Virus record (IMG/VR): IMGVR_UViG_3300017728_002360 | Length of the DNA stretch: 64,000 nucleotides | Reading direction: 5' to 3' (one strand) | Origin: a virus | Shown here: positions 20,701 to 27,480 of the stretch, piece after piece | Layout of the letters: every line of letters starts with the position of its first letter | Numbering within the stretch: the first letter of the stretch is position 1 | Position numbers and translations under genes: made by a program | Notes under the pieces: model-generated | Seen by the model: the letters and a program-made list of their open reading frames with translations, nothing else | The model's database searches: none | What the model was told of the DNA's origin: nothing

Positions 20701-23456
20701 GCTGTATTCAATGCGTAATATTGTGTGCTTGGATTCTCTACAACGTGTGTTGACCTCTTAGCACTTGTATAGCCAAGCATATCACTGAAGTAGAACGGCA
20801 TATCATTTGACTTATCTTTATTAAGTTTTTCCATCACTAAATCAAAGTGAATCTTATTCTGTCCGTCAAATCCTAGCTTGTCTGCTGTTTGTAAGAACAG
20901 CTTTCTAAACTTGCCGTATTCTCTTTTTGCAAATTGTAACGATTTAATAATGTTAGCATCTTTGCTTGTGATATGATAGTTTGCTAAATTAAATGGTCCA
21001 CTGTGTTGTACAAATCTGTTACCATATGCAGATAAATTTCCTAAATCTCTTAAATTACCTGTACCTGGAAAGTCTCCTACAAAATCATCACGCATCTCGC
21101 AGATGCTTAACACATGATCGTTAACTTCACCTAGTGTAAAAGAATCTATGTTATTGTTAAGTGGATTGTGTTCTAAGTTTGATGCTATTTCATAAACACC
21201 GTTAGCATTTTTCTTTGTAGCACTTTTTGTTTTAATAACAAGTATGTCATCTACTTTAAGATCTGTAACAAATGTTACAAATGCAGTTCTATTAATTCTG
21301 TTGATGGTATAATCTATACCATTCATTTTTCTTTTGTTGTTTACGTATACTCTTACAAACAAGTCGTTTAGATCGCCACTGTTATCGTAAACATCAATTC
21401 CAAAGTCATTGTATTGTGTATCTACAATATATTGACGTTCTACTAACTGTTTGCTATCTTCATAGCCTTTAGTCCAACCTGATGTATATGTAAATGTAGT
21501 TCTATCTGAATATCTTCTTAAAAGACCTACATCTGTGTTAGCTGTTACGTTTGCATTGTCTTCGTCTTGGTATGTAAATGAATCTTGTAATAAGTTAAAG
21601 TCAAATACAATATCACCTGTGTTTTCTAATGCTCTATAAGTTAAAGGGAATCCTAATACAACATCATTAGTTCCTGTTCCTTTTTTATATGAAAATACTT
21701 TAGTTCCACTAAACGTTGAATTGTTATAAATTGTTGCACTATTGAAACTGTTACCGCTTTGATCAAATAAGTCAAACGTAGGAGATTGGTTAATTGCAGT
21801 TTTATCCTGTCCAGCTAACCACTTGGTACCATTGAAGTACCACATCTTACCTTTATAGTCTGTACCATCATTAATCAATACTGTTTCATTCTCTAATGGA
21901 TCAGTATCTGTTTCTTCAATTAAACTAATTTGTCTAATAAAGTTATGTGTGATAAATTTTACTTTAAAAATTTTACCTGCAACTCTTGTATCAGGATCAG
22001 CAGTAAACAGAAGTCTCATTCCGTCCGCTACGTCTACTCCGTCAATGTTGTAACCTAATGCTCCTTCAATAGTTGAAAATACATCAGTTGTAAAAGTATC
22101 TAATAAGTCAACATTATCTTTTGCAGATGTACCAAAGTTCCAAAGTTTAAGATCGCTATCAAATTCAATAATAGGTCTTGCCGCTCTACCTGTTTGGTTA
22201 ACATCACTAGGTTGCTTGTTAATTAATGCTATAGTTTCTAAAACATCTTTGTGAAACCATCTGTTATATCTTGACCATTGTGATTTACTTGGACTTGCTC
22301 TGTTTTGTATAATGTAATCTTTGTCTTTTGCCCAAGCATTGGCATTACTGAAAGGTGCTCTATCAAAACTTTCGCTATCAAAAGGAATAGATTTGTTTGT
22401 GCTTACAGTACCTGGTACTTCTATTTCTTGTTCGTTGATTAATCTAATCTCATCACCAACGCCTTCAACATACCAATTACCTTCTGCATACTTGGCAGGT
22501 GTTACTGTACCTTGGAAGTCTAGCTTCATACCATTTGACAACTCGTAACCGTTTGTCATTTTGTAAGTTTTCTTACCAACAATCTCTTTTTCTACATCAA
22601 TTTCAGTATTTTCTAAAATATCATAAACTTGTATTAATCCACTTGCATTAATATCATTGCCATTTACATAATATAATGTGTCTGGTGCAAGTAAGTCTAC
22701 TTCAAACTCAATGATACCAACGTCTGTGCTGTGTGTACTATCGCTAATACCTACACTATAATTGTATTGTGAATCTAATGTTCTAGCTGTCTTGATTGAC
22801 AACGGCATACCAGGAGTATTAATATCAAACTTATATGTTTGTCCTCTGTATAATTTAAGTGTTGGATTAGATGTATTTCCGTCCGTGGAAAATATGTATG
22901 CTTTGTTATCCAAGTTGTCTTGGCTTGTAACCGTGTATGTGCTTACTAGTCCTCTTACTTGTCCAACAACAGGAATAGACAATGGTCCGTTCTCTAACCA
23001 ATAGTAATCTCTAAAGTTTGTAAACTTATCCCAATCAATGTTAGGATTCCAAGCATAATATTCTTGGCTAAACAATTTACTGTCGTTGTCTACAGTACCG
23101 TTAAATGCTTTGATTTGATTTTTTAAATCGTTATAGTCTTTGTAAAAAGTAACGTTGTTTAATTCGTCCTTGATTACTGTTGCAGGCTCTAACTGATAAT
23201 TTTCTCTTTGAGTACTTACATCACCAACATAGTTGTCAGCCGCCTTACGTGCTTTAGAAATTCTTCTACCATAGTAAGCACTAATCTTTTCAGCAACACC
23301 TGGTTGTGTAAGTTGATCTAGTGTACCTTGTAAAAACTTTTTGTTGTGTGAAGTACGAAAGTATCTTGGCAGATGTTCTGCACTAGTTCTAGTACGTTTG
23401 TCTTCTTGTCCTGGAACTGGTAACGGATATTCGTTTTGGTTATCATCATATGACAT
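8736..23456 (-). CDS. giant (4906 aa) baseplate wedge/adhesin-like structural protein
   Basis: Uninterrupted ORF coupled to gp6. Contains FG-GAP-like propeller repeats, W..G..Y..GD.V carbohydrate-binding-like repeats, GG.GY...P...GGGSGA repeats and F.GDG repeats. Confidence 0.8.
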   Translation of the reverse strand: MSYDDNQNEYPLPVPGQEDKRTRTSAEHLPRYFRTSHNKKFLQGTLDQLTQPGVAEKISAYYGRRISKARKAADNYVGDVSTQRENYQLEPATVIKDELNNVTFYKDYNDLKNQIKAFNGTVDNDSKLFSQEYYAWNPNIDWDKFTNFRDYYWLENGPLSIPVVGQVRGLVSTYTVTSQDNLDNKAYIFSTDGNTSNPTLKLYRGQTYKFDINTPGMPLSIKTARTLDSQYNYSVGISDSTHSTDVGIIEFEVDLLAPDTLYYVNGNDINASGLIQVYDILENTEIDVEKEIVGKKTYKMTNGYELSNGMKLDFQGTVTPAKYAEGNWYVEGVGDEIRLINEQEIEVPGTVSTNKSIPFDSESFDRAPFSNANAWAKDKDYIIQNRASPSKSQWSRYNRWFHKDVLETIALINKQPSDVNQTGRAARPIIEFDSDLKLWNFGTSAKDNVDLLDTFTTDVFSTIEGALGYNIDGVDVADGMRLLFTADPDTRVAGKIFKVKFITHNFIRQISLIEETDTDPLENETVLINDGTDYKGKMWYFNGTKWLAGQDKTAINQSPTFDLFDQSGNSFNSATIYNNSTFSGTKVFSYKKGTGTNDVVLGFPLTYRALENTGDIVFDFNLLQDSFTYQDEDNANVTANTDVGLLRRYSDRTTFTYTSGWTKGYEDSKQLVERQYIVDTQYNDFGIDVYDNSGDLNDLFVRVYVNNKRKMNGIDYTINRINRTAFVTFVTDLKVDDILVIKTKSATKKNANGVYEIASNLEHNPLNNNIDSFTLGEVNDHVLSICEMRDDFVGDFPGTGNLRDLGNLSAYGNRFVQHSGPFNLANYHITSKDANIIKSLQFAKREYGKFRKLFLQTADKLGFDGQNKIHFDLVMEKLNKDKSNDMPFYFSDMLGYTSAKRSTHVVENPSTQYYALNTAFDLTTLSNKSVNVYINGVQLIEGTDYKFESDFSGFVTITKTKVINDVIDIYEYNTTDGSYIPATPTKLGLYPKFKPEIFTDTTYQVPTKVIQGHDGSIFVAYEDFRDDLLLELEKRIYNNIKVEYDATMINIFEFIGGESRDTTFTRSARDKSLLPEFIEWNNAVGSPDYADNSFWSRTNSFTFNYSNTNSPSGKQNAGYWRAIYKEAYDTDRPHTHPWEILGYSEEPTWWQTVYGAAPYTSENKILWQDIEKGAYRIPNEPVTYNSKYARANITKHIPVDDGGELLSPLDSNYAKDYISNRTQQTFVFGDQAPTETAWRRSSEYPFALMIAWLLNQPTKILGLGYDRSRIKRNPAKEVIYSETNKRLRLEDVVFPNTTSDTIRVQTAGLVNYVHDYMNSRTVKYYKNYQTDLKNVTNQLGLKIGGFTDKSKFKLILDSRTPFNEGNVFVPEENYQIFLNKSSVIDLVPYSGVIIEKVQGGFVIRGYNYNNPYFKYYSPISLADDPVVRVGGVSADFVTWTEGQSYSPGLIVEFGGRYFMTESQHIAAESFDQTKFVAMPELPVEGGRTAVFHRQWNEGINDEPLELAYGTQLQTIQQVVDFLLGYERYLKVQGFVFENYNTDINEVEDWRLSAKEYMFWTTQNWAEKSVITLSAGANKICYYKKYHVADDIFDNFYGYNLFKADGKKLIPAYASVYRDNDNRIEITTKNTPDGIFSVKLPLVQTEHVVLLDNTTVFKDYIYDLEPGYRQSRIKVMGYRTDKWTGGFNIPGFIYDNAKVTEWAEWTDYAVGDTVKHKEFYYVAKVKIPGQLNFDAKQWERLDKRPEPGLMANFDYKAKQFEDFYDLDTDNFDTSQQRVAQHLIGYQKRKYLENIINDDVSQYKFYQGFIQDKSTKNSLTKLFDALSNTDADSVEFHEEWALRLGQIGAAQSFDEVEYKLDEAKFRLSPQPVALVDSVTGTETDLIYRQRPFETYLKPDGYNHKPFPTKYKDVDYIQTAGYVNPSDVKTQVANYDAILNIAITTLNVGDYIWTGTNKTNDWDVFKYLRTEDKVIKLTKNSTTDEVEVKLNNQARYVKDDIIGLVDVTDNERFYKVLRSELDTVFCTENGKTTDVDPATGFVTNFTSVRVADLEAANTKLINSEIKVGETIWVDDDSSSKWVVIKNNPVHSQHQVISNVETSDITTNFGKVIACDERNSTLVVGASESNKVYIYNRTNDGGQYIHAQTLDAPTGIYTGDGKFGTGLALSRDSKWLVVGAPQASNVKTKFAGSFTGAQSYVKNDIVNYQENFWEAQFPIAQAQGTLTFNSFYDTATVAEASWNGSNYPEVVYAVRGNYHFNVPTDHMLIRAPLSQYEATAAGDTIVLNWDQYSQNYPAGILPFGSNGPGVAQFEGSKTIASKVDAILYFDNMLRTPNVGDTISTTTAIGTVDYIHVENVNQATIYIKDMNGEFTDSGSATLGTQNMGTYVALNPLNSGATFGGWWKVTGLTSFTSSVKSVTTPQFVVQDIITQSESKSPEVYYNTMDDVYALNQVSDPTKGGKLGHLSFYNKQGMPDLSPYWFFRANKAWTDTLNTGDTFKMYVNKVRNSLNTVFDPATLGINTNYINQALGHEVYDLWDGYVDVTFTNFDNQGNAFIPQIGQTIIDQNTNATGEVVYVQEQLLDCRVYVKNRSGTFSFGNLHSATSTIAIKDGVSAGIDRLSGRLDNMDMSSSLTGKLVVVRFTDSTQLPVTTPTFRNEVEIQVYNDRTVNGVARTPNYPNPLNKDWKQVSALKTDSTGSASSFTNEGVYFVYEKMGTGLYSYQHGYTNPQRASNRNLGTQIELCKSNTITDFYRLYVSAPGNLDVSNSGRIHFVNHGTDADGTVYEWGRSKNLFFRGEYDVAQTYYTDDIVLYQGSFYQAKTNLTPGAFVLTYWTLLANNIDYIGYVPNDTGLSVSDDSTFDKGNLIQYAHPFSISKYGDVLATVADFNNSDPKIIIYRINNGHYEFSQMLPAPTVGIKYGSAISLNDTGDMLAVGAPEDDTRSDNNGKVFVYTSVGGVFSQTQTLYSPENDVAERFGAAIDFEGNDLIVSSKGGDLVTSTTFDVLSTTFDNNLTQFESVNTDSGQVFMYQKVQNKLLYAEKFNYKNASVERFGEYLLFNENHVYVPMPELSVRDMEDSSTWNNYIGTLLDYKRDREALPWQTLHTPTDQVDLTKFKGVFIYTMGPNPIAQKIDYIDPIQGKIAGAAEEELTFKTHYDPAVYTNGTNTPNTVIDPENYWNNANVGRLWWDISTAKFVNPYQGNIIYNTANWNKLFTGASIDVYEWVESTLTPTQWNETADTEEGLVKGISGTAKDVNTFVQVQVYNEISKGFSNKYYYWVKNTKVIPDLEWRKTSAYDVAQLITDPMAMGQKFVALYSNNKFGLYNCESLVSGPDNAINFRYWTIDNKEINIHNQYQLMSEGLGTSKPNADIERKWYDSLIGVDTNERPVPDTILSEKQKYGILDRPRQGMFKNRVEALKQVVERANTTLKANLIVDELNLSAFLSKDPTPTLLSKQFDKSVTTNAELQFVGVSNVIPAVLTPVFVNGKLERVDIANGGKGYVTVPTYEFGLVGNGSGAEITITMNTAGTITNVAVKNAGSGYPSTTTLSVRKYSVLVAVDETVSNKWAIYAYNNTTKLWERTSSSSYDTTKWWSYTDWYDIGYSEFTDINFLVDYSYELESLTDTVGDIVKISTIGSGGWLLLEKISDIGTDYTTKYKTVGRQNGTIALSRALYDPASSNIGYDGLSYDTSFYDDQPTLELRKILTALRDDIFINDLAVHYNELFFASLRYAFSEQPMVDWAFKTSFLKAKHNAGDLTQKITFQNDSLPSYEDFVEEAKPYKTKIREYISSYTKTDPTATGVTDFDIPPAYSIDDGKIVPSSLKVKDDLIYGQDANIVDYPNKYWAENVGFEVLTVNIKNGGTGYLDVPVIKFTGGGGSGATATATLGTGGAIKYITVTNPGSGYLSAPTVSINGTQSTGSVAAVVSAQLGNSKVRALHHVSKFDRVTGTFLITTLSQTENFTGTGSKTTFNLTWPMDLRKTQIEVTVDGVESLQSEYTYSNVEYSDKSYVRTKGQIMFAEPPANNAVIVVKYSKEITMLQAQDRINLFYTPSTGMLGNDVSQLMDGIDYGGIEVKSFTFGAGTGWASDPYYTTTWDTYDNTYEDEVFVLDGSTNVFALAKPLANGVVYNVYKNGIRVDDPQYDGSTVPTNVNAVMQSITGTGQTTVQLDEEKIPTVANDVIVIRKASSDGSFIPDPDGYDTLVQGGDLAYATAKGISAEEIVIDGDGFVTPLTSKGPEELVPGQVLDTLDIKVYERTGDGSSVLHSYNYLGDGTNKDFDINYVPLSQKDVWVKVHGTILSHSEFTVDYQNKKLKLTTAPGDKQQVHIITMSNNGEKILDVDQFIGDGSTAQFVTSIPFKSTLSFFLTVDGVTTNVDMAETDGTYAQKGMCVFKLGTAPLNSTVIQYAIFDSASKSFSQIATDTFTGDGTNKEFALAQTPLNQKPLEHNVIVKVGNKVLNAGYNQQFKVTTGVREYQLRDYQITQAGVGANQVRVFLNGTELTLSTAWNWNTFNASVELFSDIGVDGDVLDVYVIDGGEYAFGFLDGNGLWVETPGKVYLDTAPANNESVTVYQLTNHDVRQIERENLDIVTRNPITVGTDNYTEYHQLTNGIIKLRKAAIDAEYVWLVVNGALLTPSVDYYLQDDKQTIRVVVDLNANDVIELIHFSNSTIVGKFGFRQFKDMLNRTHFKRLGDDVEYTLAQNLNWYDTKIFVTNADGLPQPNRDKGIPGIIFIGGERIEYYLKEEGAIRQLRRGTLGTGIKTLHTAGAQVLDQSVYQTVPYKDEMRTQTFTADGSTRAVTVDFIPNNVNEFEIFVGGRRLRKNAISSFNPSNDLDSPEGDITLPAEFSVDGVNPVVTLTDTPAINTKIMVVRRIGKKWTDNGTPLRLQENNIGRFLRNKEVALPK

Positions 23457-26400
23457 TAATATCCACTCCCAGACGATCCGCTACTGCTTGAACTAGAACT
23501 GCTTGAACTTGAACTGCTTGAACTAGAACTGCTTGAACTTGTTGTATTTCCTGAAGTATAACTTGATCCGCTTGTAACACCGCTTGTTGTAGCTGTTGTT
23601 CCTGTAATAACTGTACCTGATGCTTTTAACTTACTTGCCGTAATTGCATCGATAATTGTTACGTCATCAACTGTTGCTCCACTTATGAAAACTTCATCTG
23701 ATTCAGACTTAATTTCATAAAGACTTCCAAATCCTTGTGAGTCTTGCTTAGGAACAATTACAATGTTAACTAGATCAGGTGCAACTTGATTCATTACATA
23801 AGTAGCCATCTCTGAGAAATGAAAACTGTCACCGAAGTCCCAGTTTTCTAAAGCAAAGTATTCATTTATTGCAGAAATCACTCTTGCTTTAATATCGTTA
23901 TCATTAACAACTTGATCTGGGTTCTTTACAATTTTAATATTAGCTTGAACCTGAGCGTCAGCTTTTGCTCCAAATAAAACTTTATATTTTACTGGATGGT
24001 AAATTACGTCATCACTGATAGATTTAATTTTATTAATTTCTCCACCATAGTTGTTAAACAGATTATCGCTACTTGGCGGTAATGGTTTAGCTGTAAGTGT
24101 GCCATCTAAGTATTGTCTAAAGTTTGTATCATAAGTTCTAGTTAACAAATAAGTGTCAATGATGTTACTTGAACTTGGATCGATTCTACTGTCATCGTCT
24201 GCAGAGTGAATATAATGGAATTTAATTCCATCTCTACCTACGTATGCTTTGTAGTCTGTTGTTAATGCTAGTGTGCCTGCTGTTGAACTGTAAATTTTAA
24301 ACACACCTTCAGTAACTAGATAAAACACTTGCCCGTCTGTGTAAGAGCTTAATGCACCTACTACACTTTCGCTTTGTTTTATTTGTACTGCATTAGAACT
24401 ATTGTCCATATATTTGTAATCTTCAATACCATCTGACGTTGTATATTTCTTTTGGAAGATATATTTTGTCAATGGATTTGTAGCTTCATCAACAACTGTT
24501 ACAAAAGTTTCTGGATCATCAACTACACCGTCACTGTCTGAATCAAAGAAAGAAATTTCTACCTTCTTACTATCAATATATCCGTCACCGTCTCTGTATT
24601 CCTTAGATACTTCCCAAGGATAATCAACAGTAAACGCACTTGTACTGTCTGGTCGTGTGTTAATGCTTAATATGTTAATCTTGTCTTTAATAATTTGTCC
24701 TGTTCTATTATCAAATATCTTGCTTGTACTATCATAATAGAATCTAATCTCTTCATTACTTTCAAAAATGTATCTTTGTCCTCTAGAAGTAATTGTGTAC
24801 TTTTCACCATCTGTTTCAAATAGCAATAACCAAGAACTGTCTAACTGTTGATCAGTAACATCTCCTGTTTTACCTGTACTAAAGTCACTTGTAATATCTA
24901 AATTGTTTTGCGTAATCATACGCCATTGTCTTAGGTTTACATCATAACGTAATCCAAATGTTTTGAATGCAAATACTTGGTCAACTATCTGTGACTGTAC
25001 ATCTGATAATAATGTTTTACCAAACTTAGGTCTTAGTTCTGAAAGAATAGCACCTGTAGGAATAATATCATTTAGTATGATAGGTCCTGTACCGTCATCA
25101 TTGTCAGTTCTACCATCTCCAGTAACACTTACAACTTTTACCCATTTGTAAGTTATTGCATTAGGATGATCTGCATTGCCTTGCATAAGTGCATGGCTGT
25201 TGTTTGACATAAAGTGAAAACCTGTTGGAGCAACAAACTTTAATAGTGTTCCTGCTTCAATAAATTTTAACGCACTACTTGTAAACGTTCCTACTTGTAA
25301 CGTAGAATCTGTTACATCAACAAATGATCCTGTTGCTTGATTTGTTATAGCTGTTTTCTGTGACCATTTAGCACCTAAGTCAGCAACTAGTGTCTTAGGA
25401 AAGTTAGTCAAATAATAATTTAACATTTGCTTTTGACTTAGAATAGGTGTTATGGTATTTGCAATAACTCCTTGTACGTCTGTTTTAGTACTAAAAGTAA
25501 ATGTTTTCTTTTCTGTAAACTTATCTTTGTATATGATTCCGTCAGCACCATATAAATTAGTTGAACTATATTTTCCTGTGCTATCTAACAAATCGTAGTA
25601 TCTTGAAATACCTGAACTTGTTCTATTAACACTTTTAGTTTTAATAATTTCTTGGCTGATTCCTAATGGACTAACTTGATAGTCCTCACCAGTAACCATT
25701 CTATTCTGTGTATAATAAGTGCTTGGTGCATTTTCTCTAATACTTGCATTGGTTTCAGAAACCGTAGCATTGTCTACAGTATATTTTAGTTCCAAACTTA
25801 ATGTTATATTTTCTGGATTACCTGTTTTAGAAGTGTAAGGAATTGTAACACTAATTGCAACTAAATCTGAAGGTACAATATTATACTGATCATTAATACT
25901 TGTTCTGTAATAAACCCTAAACTGTCCTTTTGGTAAGTTACCAAACGTACCATCACTAAAAATTAAATCTACTTTATCCTGTGTCTTACTTAAAGTTCCA
26001 TAAATGTTTCTTATGCTTTTACGTAAACTGTTGTAAACAATATTGTTACCTTCAATTGAATCAACTTTAGTCCATGATTCCGATTCAGCACCAATTGAAT
26101 CTAATTTGTATAACCAGATATCTGTGTTATTGACGTTTGTTGCTTCAAGACTAATAGTTTGATTAGTGCTTGGTGAATCAACATTAAACGTACCTTGGTC
26201 TAATATACCTTGTCTAAAATGTGCAAAGTATCCTGTGTTAGAACTTCCTGGGCCACGTCCATCATCTCTGTATAAAAATGCTAGGTTGTTTCCTGGTAGT
26301 GGTGCTTCTTCTTCAATAACTCCACCAGTAACATTAGTTGATACAACTTGAAACTGCATATTCTTACCGTCAACGTTTTTACTAAAAGTATAAACAGGAA

Positions 26401-26986
26401 CGTCTGAGTTGCTTGAATCAAATCTATATTGGTCTGTTGGTACACCTTCAACTGTATCTTTCTTGATAGGTTTTCCAACTGTGCTGTTTACCGGTAATGC
26501 CGCATTAAGAACTTTTTCAAATTGTTCTCTCCAATTGATGTTTGACGGATCGTTCCATAGGATAGTTTGACTAGCTAGGTTAGTTCCGTTGCTGTCTACA
26601 ATATCTTCTGTTGTAGCAATACTTTCAAACTTTAATAAGCCGTTAGCACATTGGTTACGTTTTGGACTGTATGATAAGAGTCTAGCTAAACGTAAAATTG
26701 ATTCTCTACGTTCAGCTAACTCTAAAAAGTTTTCTCTTGCATTTAAATCTACGCGGAAAGCTAGGTTTTGACCTAGGAAAGCAATTAGGTCAATAAGTGC
26801 AAGATATTCACTTGATTCAATATAGTCGTTAAAATCTTCTGGATAGTTCTGTCTTAAATAGTTGATCATTGTTCTGCGTAAGTTATCAAAGTCATATGAC
26901 TTGAACTCCGCATTTCTAAATGACTGATAGACCTTCTTCCAATCTTCAGCTAACAATAATCTATTTTGTCTATTTGTTGACGACAT
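23456..26986 (-). CDS. gp6: baseplate wedge subunit (T4 gp6-like)
   Basis: YDFDNLRRTMINYL...DFNDYIESSE..ALIDLIAF...NARENFLELAERRESILRLARLLSY.PKR and ETNASIRENAP..YYTQNRMVTGEDY; adjacent to the gp25-like gene. Confidence 0.85.
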   Translation of the reverse strand: MSSTNRQNRLLLAEDWKKVYQSFRNAEFKSYDFDNLRRTMINYLRQNYPEDFNDYIESSEYLALIDLIAFLGQNLAFRVDLNARENFLELAERRESILRLARLLSYSPKRNQCANGLLKFESIATTEDIVDSNGTNLASQTILWNDPSNINWREQFEKVLNAALPVNSTVGKPIKKDTVEGVPTDQYRFDSSNSDVPVYTFSKNVDGKNMQFQVVSTNVTGGVIEEEAPLPGNNLAFLYRDDGRGPGSSNTGYFAHFRQGILDQGTFNVDSPSTNQTISLEATNVNNTDIWLYKLDSIGAESESWTKVDSIEGNNIVYNSLRKSIRNIYGTLSKTQDKVDLIFSDGTFGNLPKGQFRVYYRTSINDQYNIVPSDLVAISVTIPYTSKTGNPENITLSLELKYTVDNATVSETNASIRENAPSTYYTQNRMVTGEDYQVSPLGISQEIIKTKSVNRTSSGISRYYDLLDSTGKYSSTNLYGADGIIYKDKFTEKKTFTFSTKTDVQGVIANTITPILSQKQMLNYYLTNFPKTLVADLGAKWSQKTAITNQATGSFVDVTDSTLQVGTFTSSALKFIEAGTLLKFVAPTGFHFMSNNSHALMQGNADHPNAITYKWVKVVSVTGDGRTDNDDGTGPIILNDIIPTGAILSELRPKFGKTLLSDVQSQIVDQVFAFKTFGLRYDVNLRQWRMITQNNLDITSDFSTGKTGDVTDQQLDSSWLLLFETDGEKYTITSRGQRYIFESNEEIRFYYDSTSKIFDNRTGQIIKDKINILSINTRPDSTSAFTVDYPWEVSKEYRDGDGYIDSKKVEISFFDSDSDGVVDDPETFVTVVDEATNPLTKYIFQKKYTTSDGIEDYKYMDNSSNAVQIKQSESVVGALSSYTDGQVFYLVTEGVFKIYSSTAGTLALTTDYKAYVGRDGIKFHYIHSADDDSRIDPSSSNIIDTYLLTRTYDTNFRQYLDGTLTAKPLPPSSDNLFNNYGGEINKIKSISDDVIYHPVKYKVLFGAKADAQVQANIKIVKNPDQVVNDNDIKARVISAINEYFALENWDFGDSFHFSEMATYVMNQVAPDLVNIVIVPKQDSQGFGSLYEIKSESDEVFISGATVDDVTIIDAITASKLKASGTVITGTTATTSGVTSGSSYTSGNTTSSSSSSSSSSSSSSSSSSSSGSSGSGY
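23483..23541. repeat. 4 x 15-bp tandem repeat (ACTGCTTGAACTWGA) encoding the poly-Ser tail of gp6
   Basis: actgcttgaactaga/actgcttgaacttga/actgcttgaactaga/actgcttgaacttg read directly. Confidence 0.9.
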
Positions 26987-27036
26987 TTTGCTTTCCTTAA
27001 TATAATACTATTTATTTGACTTCATAATCTGCGTAC

Positions 27037-27468
27037 TTAATACGGTGCGTTATTTTCATCAAATTTTAGTCTTAAACTTTCTGAAATATTATATGGCAAA
27101 TACATCAAGTCTACGTCTACTTGAAGTCCGCTTTCATATGAATCTATGTTAATTTTACTTGCTACCACACGTGGGTCGCTGTTTACAATACTTGTAACGT
27201 TCTTTGCTATGGCTTCTTTCATTGGTTCTGTTAGCGGTTCGTGTATTGCGTCCCATATAACTGTTCCAAAAGTAGGATTCATCAGCTTTTCACCCTGTCT
27301 TATATGAAAATGATTCAGTATATCTTGTTTGATCAATGCTATGTCAAACAGGGATTTGCTGTTGTTATTTGGATTGACCGTGCTTAACCCTTTGTATGCA
27401 CGATTAGTGACTACGGGTTTGCCTCTGTCTGCTGTTGGAACTGTGATTTTTTTATATAAGTCTGCCAT
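27037..27468 (-). CDS. gp25: baseplate wedge subunit (gp25/GPW family)
   Basis: LIKQDILNHFHIRQGEKLMNPTFGTVIWDAIHEP...IVNSDPRV matches the gp25 pattern. Confidence 0.9.
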   Translation of the reverse strand: MADLYKKITVPTADRGKPVVTNRAYKGLSTVNPNNNSKSLFDIALIKQDILNHFHIRQGEKLMNPTFGTVIWDAIHEPLTEPMKEAIAKNVTSIVNSDPRVVASKINIDSYESGLQVDVDLMYLPYNISESLRLKFDENNAPY

Positions 27469-27480
27469 AACAATATTTAC

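Noticed and set aside
27016-27044. Plus-strand sigma70 promoter starting at TTGACT
   Set aside because: No good -10 at 17 bp and no plus-strand gene downstream.
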